A stretch of 64,000 nt of DNA from Candidatus Woesearchaeota archaeon (GCA_964428325.1 CAYRXU010000001.1:42842-106841); one strand, 5' to 3'. Shown: positions 40,335-49,956, numbered from the stretch's first letter. Program-made: numbers and translations. Notes: generated by a model not told the origin, from the letters alone.

Positions 40335-40912
40335 GGCTTAAGAGCGAGCCTGCGGATTATCCATTCGATTAAGTAGAAGGCTACTGCAATAATAACTGCA
40401 ATCAGAAGAAGTTTCTCTATACCCTTCGCGATTTTCAGCCCAAGTGTAAATCCTTTGGCTGTGAGCCAGGCCAGAGGAACCATGATTACGGCCCAGAGTG
40501 CATAAGCGCCGAGATCATATAGGAAGAACTTCTTCCATTTCATCTTTCTTCCAATGTAGAATACCGATATGTAGCGCAGACCATAAATGAACTTGGTAAT
40601 GAAAAGCATCAAAAAAGGCCTCTCTTTGTGAAGCTTGTGCATCAAGACGCCGAGGCGTTGAGACTTCCTCGAGAAAATACGCCAGCGTTTTATGTGAAAG
40701 GCAAGGTGCGATCTGGCAAGCCAGAATATAATGTTGTCAATAAGGAGTATGCCTACGGTTCCGATGAGAAGAACCTGCCAAAGAGGGATAAGACCTTGTC
40801 CTGCAAAGATAGAATAGAGAATTATAGTTTCTTCTCCTGGATAGATTGAACCAATTATAAGTATCAGAAGCTTGTAGGGAGCTAGCGCATGCAACAGCTC
40901 TTGGAAGATCAT
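40331..40912 (-). CDS. DedA/SNARE-associated family membrane protein
   Basis: 193 aa polytopic membrane protein with a DedA-like pattern (G..GEETIILYS...LIDNIIFWLAR). Confidence 0.4.
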   Translation of the reverse strand: MIFQELLHALAPYKLLILIIGSIYPGEETIILYSIFAGQGLIPLWQVLLIGTVGILLIDNIIFWLARSHLAFHIKRWRIFSRKSQRLGVLMHKLHKERPFLMLFITKFIYGLRYISVFYIGRKMKWKKFFLYDLGAYALWAVIMVPLAWLTAKGFTLGLKIAKGIEKLLLIAVIIAVAFYLIEWIIRRLALKP

Positions 40913-40991
40913 TTCAGAGTTAATGGATGATGGTTTTTAACCCTTATCGATGGCGAGAAAGGTTTAAAGCGTCTGTAAGGTAAGACTAGCT

Positions 40992-41606
40992 ATGAGAGAA
41001 TTCATCTATTATTCGCGGACAGCGCCTACTGCGGGAAGTATGGTAAAGGACGATCTACAGGAGTCTGGTAGAATTGATATCGCAGTGCATACAGTCATAG
41101 GGGTGTTTTTCTTGAGCCATAAGATCCGCACAGATGCTAAACTGCATATGTTATTTGCTGGACCACCAGACCCTGTGAAGCATCTTGAGATTCATCCTGT
41201 GACTGAAGGAAAGACTGGCATCGATAAAATCTATCTTTCAAAGAAAGATGTTTCTGGCGTGTTGAAGAAGATGTTGTATAAGTATCGCGAAGGAGAAAAA
41301 CGTGAGGTTTTTCCGGGTTTTTGGATTGAGAAGAAGAATTTCCTTGAGCTTGTTAAAGATCTCGATAAGCAAGGAAGAAATCTGTACATTCTTGATGCTG
41401 ATGGCGAAGATATCCGAACTGCTAAGATTGAGAAAGACCCGATCTTTATCCTGGGAGACCATAAAGGACTACCCGATAGAGAATTCAAGCGCCTTAGGCA
41501 ATATTGCACACCAATATCGGTAGGTAAGCGAACGTACTTTGCTTCACAGACTGTCTCTATTGTGAATAATGAGATCGATAGGCGGGAAGACGAAGGGCGA
41601 TTGTAA
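40992..41606 (+). CDS. trmY: tRNA pseudouridine-54 N1-methyltransferase TrmY (SPOUT, COG1901)
   Basis: MREFIYYSRTAP...GRIDIAVHTVIGVFFLSHKIRTDAKLHMLF...NLYILDADGEDI...DPIFILGDHKGLPD...CTPISVGKRTYFASQTVSIVNNEID follows the TrmY family pattern. Confidence 0.6.
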   Translation: MREFIYYSRTAPTAGSMVKDDLQESGRIDIAVHTVIGVFFLSHKIRTDAKLHMLFAGPPDPVKHLEIHPVTEGKTGIDKIYLSKKDVSGVLKKMLYKYREGEKREVFPGFWIEKKNFLELVKDLDKQGRNLYILDADGEDIRTAKIEKDPIFILGDHKGLPDREFKRLRQYCTPISVGKRTYFASQTVSIVNNEIDRREDEGRL

Positions 41607-41658
41607 GCATACCATCTTAGCATAACAATACTTAAAAAGCGCAAGGCGATGGAGAAGC

Positions 41659-42444
41659 ATGGTAAAAGGAGTGTCGATAAAGTTCAGTTCTTATAATGAG
41701 AGTGTTCCTAAATTGCTTAAGCTTATCAAGCTCGATCAAGAATTGAAGAAGCATGAGCGCATTGTTATTAAGCCTCTTTTAACTGGCGAGAAGGAAAAGA
41801 GCACGCAGGTCGAGTTTGTTGAATCTCTTGTTGCTTTCTGTGCAGCCAATAAGAACCCTACTGCCGAGATCTTTGTTGCGGAGGGTGTTGATGGTGCTGA
41901 TACTATGGAAACATACGATGCTATGGGCTATAGAAGACTTGCAGAGAGCTATGGAATTGGTCTTGTTGATCTGAATAAGACCGCGTGCGAAACAATCGGT
42001 AAAAACGAATTTATGGGCTTTGAGACTATTCTTTATCCAACTATTCTGAAAGACAGTTTTGTCATATCTGCATCTCCCTTGAGGGCAGATGAAGCCACAG
42101 TTATTGCAGGAAGCGTTGCTAACATGCGCGGAGCATTCCCTGCGCGGCATTACAAAGGCTTTTTCTCGAGCAGAAAGAACAAGCTTGACGGTTACCCTAT
42201 GAAGTATCAGCTGCATGATATTGCTCTGTGTAAAATACCTAACTTGGGCGTTATTGATGGTGCAGCTCAAGGGACCATCATTGCAGGTCAACCTATTGAG
42301 ATTGATAAGCAAGCCGCCAAGGTGATTGGTCTTGACCCTAAGGCAATTGGACACTTGCGTATGCTTGAAGAAACATTGGCGCAAATAGCCGAGAAAGAAG
42401 CTGCACAAGCTAAGGCAGAGAAGGATGCTGCTGTACCGCAATAA
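41659..42444 (+). CDS. DUF362-like protein
   Basis: General resemblance to the DUF362/COG2006 family (IVIKPLL..., ...GVIDGAAQGTIIAGQPIEIDKQAAKVIGLDP). Low certainty. Confidence 0.35.
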   Translation: MVKGVSIKFSSYNESVPKLLKLIKLDQELKKHERIVIKPLLTGEKEKSTQVEFVESLVAFCAANKNPTAEIFVAEGVDGADTMETYDAMGYRRLAESYGIGLVDLNKTACETIGKNEFMGFETILYPTILKDSFVISASPLRADEATVIAGSVANMRGAFPARHYKGFFSSRKNKLDGYPMKYQLHDIALCKIPNLGVIDGAAQGTIIAGQPIEIDKQAAKVIGLDPKAIGHLRMLEETLAQIAEKEAAQAKAEKDAAVPQ

Positions 42445-42475
42445 ATTATATTAAGCTACTAGGACTAGTTATTCT

Positions 42476-42751
42476 ATGAAAAAGAGTATGCGATTGATTT
42501 TGAGCGGTTCTGTACAGCCTATGTTCTTTATGCCTTACTTGAAGGATGAAGCTACTAAGTTAAATGTTCGTGGTTTTGCACGGGAGCTTGAGGATAAGAG
42601 GATTGAGGTGTTTATTGAGGGAGATCTTGCTGCAGTTGAAGCAATGATTCCTAAGTGTAAGACTGGGCCGTATAACACCAAGATAAGAAGCGCTGAAGAG
42701 AAGGTTGAGCGCTTTCAGGATTATAAGGATTTCAAGATTCTGAAGATTTGA
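42476..42751 (+). CDS. Acylphosphatase-like protein
   Basis: 91 aa. LSGSVQPMFFMPYLKDEATKLNVRGFAREL.DKRIEVFIEGD resembles the acylphosphatase beta-alpha-beta fold signature. Confidence 0.4.
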   Translation: MKKSMRLILSGSVQPMFFMPYLKDEATKLNVRGFARELEDKRIEVFIEGDLAAVEAMIPKCKTGPYNTKIRSAEEKVERFQDYKDFKILKI

Positions 42752-42793
42752 CTATAGCATTATCTATTTAAACCACTTTTCTTTTGTTGTAGA

Positions 42794-44323
42794 ATGGGAC
42801 GTCAAGATGAGATTGTTGCTGAACGATTGAAGAAGCTGAAAGAATTGCGTGAGCTTGGAGTGAACCCTTATCCTAATAAGTTTGAGAAAAGCCATTCTAG
42901 TGCACAACTACAAGAAGAACACGCTAAGCTTAAGAACGAGGCCTATACGAAAGATAAAGTGTCTGTTGCTGGGAGATTGTTGCAGGTGAGAGATATGGGA
43001 AAGATAGCTTTTGGTACGCTTTATGACGGTACTGCAAATATTCAGATCGTATTACAGGAGAAAGAAACTAATGATGATGTGCGAGAGTTCTTCAAGAAGT
43101 TTGTCGATGGAGGAGATTTCGTGGGCATAGAGGGGACGGTTTTTAGAACGAAACGCGGAGAGTTATCCATCCTTGTGAAGAAGCTTGAGCTGCTCACGAA
43201 GTCTATGTTGCCTTTGCCAGACAAGTTCCATGGCATTTCGGATGATGAAGAGCGCTTGAGAAAGAGATATCTTGAGATTATCACTAATGCTGAGACGCGC
43301 GAGATGTTTATTCGCAAGTCTAAATTCTGGGGTGCGATGCGATCGTTCTTGCATAGTAGAAACTTCCTCGAAGTTGAAACACCTGTGCTTGAAAATGCAG
43401 CAGGAGGAGCAAGTGCAACACCTTTTGCAACGCACCACAATGCACTTGATCTCGATGTGTATTTGCGTATTTCTATGGGAGAATTGTGGCAGAAGAAGCT
43501 GATGGTCGCAGGTTATCCAAAAACGTTTGAGATTGGCCGCCAGTTTAGAAATGAAGGAATGGATGCCGAACACTTGCAAGACTACACACAGATGGAATTC
43601 TATTGGGGTTATGCTAATTATGAAGATGGAATGAAGCTTGTCGAAGAAATGTACAAAACTCTTGCTAAAGAAGTGTACGGTAAGACGAAGTTTAGTTATG
43701 CTGGGCACGAGTTTGACCTTGGTAAGAAGTGGGGAGTTATTGATTATGCAGACACTATCAAGAAAGAACTGAAAATTGATGTTTTCATTGCGTCAAAGCA
43801 AGATATGGAGAAGAAGCTGCGAGAGCTGAAACAAGATTTTGCACCGAATTTGGAGCGCGGACGCTTGATGGACTTGCTATGGAAAGTATGCCGCAAGAAG
43901 ATTGCAGGGCCTGCGTTTTTGACAGGACAGCCAGTTGAAGTTTCGCCTCTTGCGAAACGCAATCCAAAGGATGCCCGCAAAGTAGAGCAGTTCCAAGTTA
44001 TTATTGGGGGAAGCGAAATGGGTAATGGATATAGCGAGCTGAACGATCCTTTTGATCAGGCAGCTAGGTTTGAAGAGCAAAGAAGAATGAAAGAAGCAGG
44101 AGATACAGAAGCTCAGGAACATGATGAAACTTTCGTTGAAGCTCTTAAGTACGGAATGCCTCCTACATGTGGCTTTGGAGTGTCAGAGAGATTGTTTGCC
44201 GTGTTTGAAAATAAGCCTTTGCGTGAATGTGTGATATTCCCGCTTATGAGGCCAACTCAGACAGGTGAGGAAAAGAGGGAGGAAAAAGAGGATGGAAGAC
44301 ATCGATCTAGTAATAAAAAGTAA
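42794..44323 (+). CDS. lysS: Lysyl-tRNA synthetase, class II
   Basis: N-terminal OB anticodon-binding domain. Class II motifs (FLEVETPVL; motif 2 FEIGRQFRNEG; motif 3 GGSEMGNGYSELNDP...PPTCGFGVSERL). Confidence 0.85.
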   Translation: MGRQDEIVAERLKKLKELRELGVNPYPNKFEKSHSSAQLQEEHAKLKNEAYTKDKVSVAGRLLQVRDMGKIAFGTLYDGTANIQIVLQEKETNDDVREFFKKFVDGGDFVGIEGTVFRTKRGELSILVKKLELLTKSMLPLPDKFHGISDDEERLRKRYLEIITNAETREMFIRKSKFWGAMRSFLHSRNFLEVETPVLENAAGGASATPFATHHNALDLDVYLRISMGELWQKKLMVAGYPKTFEIGRQFRNEGMDAEHLQDYTQMEFYWGYANYEDGMKLVEEMYKTLAKEVYGKTKFSYAGHEFDLGKKWGVIDYADTIKKELKIDVFIASKQDMEKKLRELKQDFAPNLERGRLMDLLWKVCRKKIAGPAFLTGQPVEVSPLAKRNPKDARKVEQFQVIIGGSEMGNGYSELNDPFDQAARFEEQRRMKEAGDTEAQEHDETFVEALKYGMPPTCGFGVSERLFAVFENKPLRECVIFPLMRPTQTGEEKREEKEDGRHRSSNKK

Positions 44324-44465
44324 GATTAAGTCAGCAGTGCCTGAGTTGAGTGTTTCGAGTGATGTGCCAGATGCGCTGAACAAGAAAGTTCTAGAGATTC
44401 TTGATGCTGCTGCAAAGCGGGCTAAGCTTAACGGTAGAAGAACACTGCAGGCAAAAGACTTGTAG
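44292..44465 (+). CDS. Archaeal histone (histone-fold protein)
   Basis: LVIKSKIKSAVPELSVSSDVPDALNKKVLEILDAAAKRAKLNGRRTLQAKDL matches the HMf-like histone fold, which ends ...GRKTIKAEDI. The start is set at the internal Met; the ORF track start (44265) overlaps lysS further. Confidence 0.55.
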   Translation: MEDIDLVIKSKIKSAVPELSVSSDVPDALNKKVLEILDAAAKRAKLNGRRTLQAKDL

Positions 44466-44505
44466 TCTACATTAGTTATATAAACGATTTTGGCTTTTTG
44501 ATAGG

Positions 44506-45252
44506 ATGCGATTACTGAAGATATTATTTGTTTTTGTAATGCTTATAGCTCCTGCATCTGCAGCCACCGAGATCAATATTTACGTGGATAATATTGGAGA
44601 TGCTCTTTTCCTGGGTGTGACAGACGCTAATGTAACGCTTCCTGAGGGGGTGACTGCAGTTAATGGAAGGATTAGCGGCTATACCTCAAACTTGACAGTA
44701 AAACAGGGAGAGACCTGGACCTTCGCATATATCCTTGCAGGTGCTGACTTGCACGTAACCTTGCCTGAAGGTGCAGTTATTAAAAGTGTAAGCTCAAGCG
44801 AGATATCACTTGATCGCGGACAGATATCTCTATATGCAGCTAACAGTGTGCGAGCAATGTACACTATAGAAAAGGTTGATGACAATTCGTCAAATGTAAT
44901 TCTCATTTGGATTATTGTTGCGCTAGTCTTTCTTGTGGGAGGCGTATATGGTTGGAATTACCTCAAGAAGCATGTAAAGAGTGTTGTGAAGACATCTCTG
45001 CAGAAGAAGCAGGCACGTGCAAATACCGTGGTTGAAAAACAGTCAACCGAACAGCTTAAGCACCTACTTCATGAGCGTGAAAACTTGATTATAGGCAAGC
45101 TTAGAGAGATGGGCAAGACCAAAATGTCGTACCTTCGCAAGGCGTGCGAGATGCCGAAGGCTTCTTTCTCACGACATGTGCATGAGCTAGAAAAGAAGAA
45201 GCTTGTTTTGCTTTCTGGCGACGGGAAGAACAGGTTTATTGAGCTTGCTTGA
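44506..45252 (+). CDS. Single-pass membrane protein with extracellular domain and cytoplasmic winged-HTH (transmembrane one-component regulator)
   Basis: Signal peptide, an extracellular ~130 aa domain, TM (VILIWIIVALVFLVGGVYGW), then a C-terminal wHTH-like SYLRKACEMPKASFSRHVHELEKKKLVLLSGDGKNRFIEL. Confidence 0.4.
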   Translation: MRLLKILFVFVMLIAPASAATEINIYVDNIGDALFLGVTDANVTLPEGVTAVNGRISGYTSNLTVKQGETWTFAYILAGADLHVTLPEGAVIKSVSSSEISLDRGQISLYAANSVRAMYTIEKVDDNSSNVILIWIIVALVFLVGGVYGWNYLKKHVKSVVKTSLQKKQARANTVVEKQSTEQLKHLLHERENLIIGKLREMGKTKMSYLRKACEMPKASFSRHVHELEKKKLVLLSGDGKNRFIELA

Positions 45253-45353
45253 TAGTTCCAAGATCGTTCCAGTTTGGTTCCAGCCAGGACATATATACTA
45301 ACCTATTCTAGTTCGGATATGAAAAATCAATACCTGAAAGGAGGTAGTGAAGC

Positions 45354-46334
45354 ATGAAAGCAATTATGACAGTTATGAGTATGCTGCTTATAGCAAGCAT
45401 ATTCGCAACAGGTTTTGCTGCCGCTGAAAGCGGATCAGGAAGAGCTGGAACTCTCTATTCAGATAGTAGAGTGAAAATATCTGACGATTCGATTGATTCA
45501 GTCTCTATCGAAAGCGAGATTGAAGTTGAGGACTCGATTATTGAGTCTTCCGAAACTAGCCTTGAGAGTGAGGTTGACGCCTCAGTAGATAGCACCAAAT
45601 ATAGAGGCTATCCTGCACATGTTTTTGTAGGTAGCGGTTGGGCTATTGACGGTGACAAGAAAGGATATCTTGCTACTATGCACTGGGTTAGCAAAGTGTT
45701 TGTCTCTAAAGACACGCCTAACGCAATCGGAAGTGAAGTAGTCCGCGGAATTGCCCGAGTAGGAGATATGAAGTTCATATTTACCTCTGAGAGTACACCG
45801 GATTCAGACGAAGACAGAGAGTTCTCTGTTTACACAAGCAGAGGAGAAGGCCGGACAAAGGTCGGTACCCTTAAGCTTGAACAGCAATCGCGTTATGGCG
45901 AAGTTGTTGTCTGGGAAGGTAAACTAGCGCTTGATAGCGGTGCTGTATATGAAGTACACATCGCAACTAAGGAACGCACATCGAAGAGCGATTCCTCAGG
46001 CAAGCGAATGGTAAGCGCAACCAGCGTACAGGTTGAGTGCTACAGCGGAGCGAAGGAGACTTTCTCTCTTGAAGGCGGAAACGCTGAAGAGATCTACGCT
46101 AAAGCACGCACATTCTGCGCAAACGAGTGCAAGAATGGAAAGTGCGGAATCAACAAGCTTCAAGCAGTAAATGCTGAAGGTGATGTTGAAACCAAGACGA
46201 AAGTCAAGGTAGATAGCGGAAAGATTGAGATAGAGGAAGAGACTGAGGCAGAGGCAACAGCATCTGCTGACGCATCTGGCAAAGGCCTTGTTAACTTCTG
46301 GAAGCGCGTATTTAGTCGTTCAGGGAGTAACTAA
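45354..46334 (+). CDS. Secreted acidic protein
   Basis: Signal peptide. Asp/Glu/Ser-rich. A Cys pair near the C-terminus. Confidence 0.4.
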   Translation: MKAIMTVMSMLLIASIFATGFAAAESGSGRAGTLYSDSRVKISDDSIDSVSIESEIEVEDSIIESSETSLESEVDASVDSTKYRGYPAHVFVGSGWAIDGDKKGYLATMHWVSKVFVSKDTPNAIGSEVVRGIARVGDMKFIFTSESTPDSDEDREFSVYTSRGEGRTKVGTLKLEQQSRYGEVVVWEGKLALDSGAVYEVHIATKERTSKSDSSGKRMVSATSVQVECYSGAKETFSLEGGNAEEIYAKARTFCANECKNGKCGINKLQAVNAEGDVETKTKVKVDSGKIEIEEETEAEATASADASGKGLVNFWKRVFSRSGSN

Positions 46335-46337
46335 AAC

Positions 46338-46370
46338 TGATTTTTTATTTTTTTATTTTATTTTATTTTT
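46338..46370 (+). terminator. Oligo-T tract (archaeal terminator candidate)
   Basis: TTTTTTATTTTTTTATTTTATTTTATTTTT immediately after the stop of the 45354 gene. Confidence 0.4.
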
Positions 46371-46408
46371 CTCGAGAGATTTATATAACTTGAAAGACAT
46401 AAGGGCAT

Positions 46409-46801
46409 ATGTCGAATAAAGCAAAGGGGTCAAAGAGTGAGCGTGAGCTTGTGGAGATGTTTACGCAGCAGGGATGGAGAGCTGCAAGGGTTGCTGGCTC
46501 GGGCGTGAATGATAACTCTCCATGTGATATATTCGCTGGAAAGATTGGGAAACAAGGATGTGTCGTTGAGTGCAAGTCAAGCAAGAAGACAAGAATCTAC
46601 ATAACGCGAGCACAGATTGAAGATTTCGTGAAGTTTGGGCACATGATGGGGCTTCGTACAGTCGTGGCTGCACGATTTAATCGCGAAGGATGGTTTTTTT
46701 TAGAGACGAGTCAGCTTGAAGATACAGGAGCTAATTGGGTCGTATCGCTTGAGCTGTGTAAGACGCAGGGAAAGAGATTCGGACAGTTCTTTGAGAATTA
46801 A
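46409..46801 (+). CDS. hjc: Holliday junction resolvase Hjc
   Basis: SKSERELVEMFTQQGWRAARVAGSG...DIFAGKIGKQGCVVECKSSKK...IYI shows nuclease-fold motifs typical of Hjc. 130 aa. Confidence 0.65.
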   Translation: MSNKAKGSKSERELVEMFTQQGWRAARVAGSGVNDNSPCDIFAGKIGKQGCVVECKSSKKTRIYITRAQIEDFVKFGHMMGLRTVVAARFNREGWFFLETSQLEDTGANWVVSLELCKTQGKRFGQFFEN

Positions 46802-46803
46802 TT

Positions 46804-47754
46804 TTATTTCGCCTTCTGGATATACTCGTACGCACTGAAGGCTGCGGTGCAGCCTTCTGCAACGCCTGTAATGGCTTGCTTGAAGGGCTTGTCAGCTACG
46901 TCGCCAGCTGCGTATACACCAGGGACATTTGTTTCAGAGGTTTTGTGATCTAGGATGATTTCATTCTTTTCGTTTAGCTTCACTCCGAGAGGTTTTGCAA
47001 GCTCTGATAGGACAATGTGACCGATTGCTACGAAAAGACCTTGGAGAGGAAGCTCTTTTGAGCCTTCGTAAGTTCTATCAAGAACGACTTTCTCAATTGC
47101 GCGCGATCCTTTTACTTCAAGCACGTTTGCTTTGTTGATTACTTCAATCTTCTTATTTGCTGCAATGCGCTGCTGGTTGATTGGTTCTGCGCGGATGGTA
47201 TCCCCACGATAGATAATGTAAACTTTCTTAGCATGTTCTGCAAGGAGGAGTGCATCTTTTGCAGCCGAGTCTGAACCGCCCACTACGCCAACAATTTTGT
47301 TCCTATAAAGAGGACCATCGCACAACGCGCAGTAAGCTACGCCTTTATTTTCAAATTCCTTTGAACCTGGAACTTCAAGTCTTCGCCACTTGGTGCCAGT
47401 TGCAAATAGAACAGTTTTAACTTGATATTCGCTCGAGTCTGATTTAAGAATGAATAGATTATTTTTCTTTGTAACTGATATTATTTTCTCTTCCTTCAAG
47501 GTAACAAGGTCATATGAAAGAGCATGATCTTTTATCTTATCTGCGAGTTCTGTACCAGTAAGTCGAATGAAACCAGGATAGTTTTCAACGACATTTGTCG
47601 TAGTTATGACTCCGCCGACAGTCATTTCAGATCCATGGGAATGGCCGAAACAGATTGTCTTTAGGCCTAGGCGTGCACCATACATAGCTGCTGAAAGTCC
47701 TGTGACTCCTGCGCCGAGAATACCGAAATCGTACACTTCTTTTGTCATGCGCAC
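46804..47754 (-). CDS. trxB: Thioredoxin reductase (FAD/NAD(P)-binding)
   Basis: GxGxxG FAD site (GILGAGVTGLSAAMYGAR), redox-active CALCDG, and a second Rossmann motif VVGGSDSAAKDA. 316 aa. Confidence 0.8.
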   Translation of the reverse strand: MRMTKEVYDFGILGAGVTGLSAAMYGARLGLKTICFGHSHGSEMTVGGVITTTNVVENYPGFIRLTGTELADKIKDHALSYDLVTLKEEKIISVTKKNNLFILKSDSSEYQVKTVLFATGTKWRRLEVPGSKEFENKGVAYCALCDGPLYRNKIVGVVGGSDSAAKDALLLAEHAKKVYIIYRGDTIRAEPINQQRIAANKKIEVINKANVLEVKGSRAIEKVVLDRTYEGSKELPLQGLFVAIGHIVLSELAKPLGVKLNEKNEIILDHKTSETNVPGVYAAGDVADKPFKQAITGVAEGCTAAFSAYEYIQKAK

Positions 47755-47796
47755 AGGAGCGAAAAAGTGTATATAAACATTTTTAGCACAGAACAG

Positions 47797-48075
47797 TCAC
47801 TTCTTATCTTTATCTGATTTCTTGCTTACCAGAACATCAAGCTTCTTGTTTATTTCTTCCAAGGTCTGTTGCATCGACTTAATGCGGAGTGCTTGTCTCG
47901 TTTGAACAACTGCCTTCACAATCAAAAAGGCAATATAGACTAAGACGGCAATTCCTACGGCTTTGGCAAGCGTGAGAACGAAAGAAAGCCCTCCTGTAAG
48001 TTCTAAAGGCAAACCTTGCCAGAGAGCCTGTGCAATAGACGCCCCATCAACTGAAATATTGAGCGGATCAGCCAT
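47797..48075 (-). CDS. Hypothetical small membrane protein
   Basis: 92 aa with one or two TM helices. Confidence 0.3.
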   Translation of the reverse strand: MADPLNISVDGASIAQALWQGLPLELTGGLSFVLTLAKAVGIAVLVYIAFLIVKAVVQTRQALRIKSMQQTLEEINKKLDVLVSKKSDKDKK

Positions 48076-48113
48076 GTTCTTTTCAAGGGAGGCTTTTTTA
48101 AGAACCTTTCTTT

Positions 48114-48866
48114 TTGAGGAACATGGATAAAAAGTACGCTCTTTTCTTTGCTATTGCTATAACTGCACTTATTGCCGTCAACTATTGGTACTTTTCACAC
48201 TATGAAAATGGAAGGCCTGTTGATAGAGAAAGTGTCATTGTTTCACGCGTTATAGATGGAGATACTTTTGACCTTGCCGATGGCAGGCGTGTGCGCATGC
48301 TTAATATCAATACCCCCGAGAAAGGAGAGTTTGGCTCTGATGAGGCGATTGCATATACGAAACAGTTTGAAAATAAGAGTATTGAGATTCAAATTATCGG
48401 AAGAGAGACTTATGGGAGATTGCTTGCGCGAGTTTATGCTCCGACCTATGTCAATCTTGAGCTTGTACGTCGCGGTCTCGCACGGACCCTTCTTGTAGAT
48501 GAAAGCGAAGTTAAGATTTTTGCCGAAGCAGAGGATGAAGCGTTTGAAGCTAGCAGAGGAGTTTGGGAACGATCAGAGAGTTATGAATGTCTTACAGGGG
48601 AAATTGATAAAAAGGAAGAGTACGTCGTGTTTGATAAGAGGTGTGATGTCAGCCTCGTAGGTTGGACCATAAGTGATGAAACAACACGAAAGTATACTTT
48701 CAAGAGTGATCCGGCAGAACATTTTATGTTCTATTCAGTTGATGGAAAAGAAAACGAAACCTCGCTCTTCTGGAAACGCGGAAACGCATGGAATTATGAT
48801 CGAGACGCGCTCATTGTGCGCGATCGCGATGGGAAGCTTGTTTACTATACTGATTATGGTTATTAG
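48114..48866 (+). CDS. Secreted staphylococcal-nuclease-like (SNase) nuclease with C-terminal lamin-tail-like domain
   Basis: N-terminal TM/signal. SNase core VIDGDTFDLADGRRVRMLNINTPEKGE...YGRLLARVY...NLELVRRGLAR. The C-terminal ~100 aa are beta-rich and LTD-like. Confidence 0.65.
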   Translation: MRNMDKKYALFFAIAITALIAVNYWYFSHYENGRPVDRESVIVSRVIDGDTFDLADGRRVRMLNINTPEKGEFGSDEAIAYTKQFENKSIEIQIIGRETYGRLLARVYAPTYVNLELVRRGLARTLLVDESEVKIFAEAEDEAFEASRGVWERSESYECLTGEIDKKEEYVVFDKRCDVSLVGWTISDETTRKYTFKSDPAEHFMFYSVDGKENETSLFWKRGNAWNYDRDALIVRDRDGKLVYYTDYGY

Positions 48867-49386
48867 TTTTTTTGCTCTTGTGCCCCAGGTATCTGCGCTT
48901 GATTTCACGATTGATGCTCCAGATAATGTGGTCGAAGATGTTCCATTTGATGTCATGATCAATTTTGATGCGTCAGAGAGTTATGATGTAAAGATATTTG
49001 CGCACCAAGGAGATAAGAATAGTTATATCTCACAGGTAAAAGATGGAGAAGTGTGGAGAAGCCCGCGAACATATATGAAAGAAGCTTTTCCCGCTCAACA
49101 GATGTATGAGATAAATATTCTGGATTTTGCCGGTGAAGCGGATCTATGCGTACGTTTGCGAAAAACAGGAGCCAGTTCATTTAGCGAACTATGCCAGCCC
49201 ATCAATGTTGGAGAGACTATTAGAGAGGAGATTGAAGAAGAGTTTATGAATGAAGAGATAAAGATAGATTCGCCAGTAAAGCAAGAAAATAAGATGCATG
49301 TTAACCCGTTGCGCACTCGTATTGTGTATGCATTTATGATTTTCTGTGCAGTAGTTATAGGCTTACTGTGGTTTGAAAAACTCTGA
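48829..49386 (+). CDS. Secreted or membrane-anchored hypothetical protein
   Basis: Signal peptide MGSLFTILIMVISFFALVPQVSA and a C-terminal TM anchor. The start is the internal Met of track ORF 48673, overlapping the upstream gene by 38 nt in another frame. Confidence 0.4.
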   Translation: MGSLFTILIMVISFFALVPQVSALDFTIDAPDNVVEDVPFDVMINFDASESYDVKIFAHQGDKNSYISQVKDGEVWRSPRTYMKEAFPAQQMYEINILDFAGEADLCVRLRKTGASSFSELCQPINVGETIREEIEEEFMNEEIKIDSPVKQENKMHVNPLRTRIVYAFMIFCAVVIGLLWFEKL

Positions 49387-49422
49387 TAGTTAGTATTTTA
49401 AAGCCGTTTTCTATAGAGCGTT

Positions 49423-49956
49423 ATGGAAAATATTCAAGCACGCCTTCTAATTGAAATGATGGGCAGGCCAGCAGAGCACCTTACAGCCACACTTAATGCT
49501 CTGATTGATCGTCTTGGTACTGAAAAAGGTGTCAAGATAACCCAGAAGAAGATGTACGAGGCTGCGCCTATAAAAGAGTCTAAAGACTTGTTTAGTGCCT
49601 TTGTTGAGCTTGAAGTTACATTTGATTCCCTGAACGTGCTTCTTGGAATTATGTTCGCCTATATGCCTTCTAATGTAGAGATAATTTCTCCGCAGAAGCT
49701 ATCATTCTCGCGCGAGGATATTAGCTCCCTTTCGAACAATCTTGTCGCTCGTTTGCATGGATATGATGGTGCGGCTAAGAACCTAATCAACCAGAGAGAC
49801 ATGGCTTACAACCAGTTAAGATTGCTTCTTGCAAATCATCCTGAACTGAAAGATGAGCTTATCAAGAGCCAGCAGCAACCTCGTTCTGCACAAGCAACAC
49901 CCGATGTTGCTGAGAAAAAGACAGATAAGAAAAGCAAAAAGAAATCTAAGCGTTAA
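49423..49956 (+). CDS. Hypothetical protein with Lys-rich C-terminus
   Basis: 177 aa with no recognisable domain. Confidence 0.35.
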   Translation: MENIQARLLIEMMGRPAEHLTATLNALIDRLGTEKGVKITQKKMYEAAPIKESKDLFSAFVELEVTFDSLNVLLGIMFAYMPSNVEIISPQKLSFSREDISSLSNNLVARLHGYDGAAKNLINQRDMAYNQLRLLLANHPELKDELIKSQQQPRSAQATPDVAEKKTDKKSKKKSKR

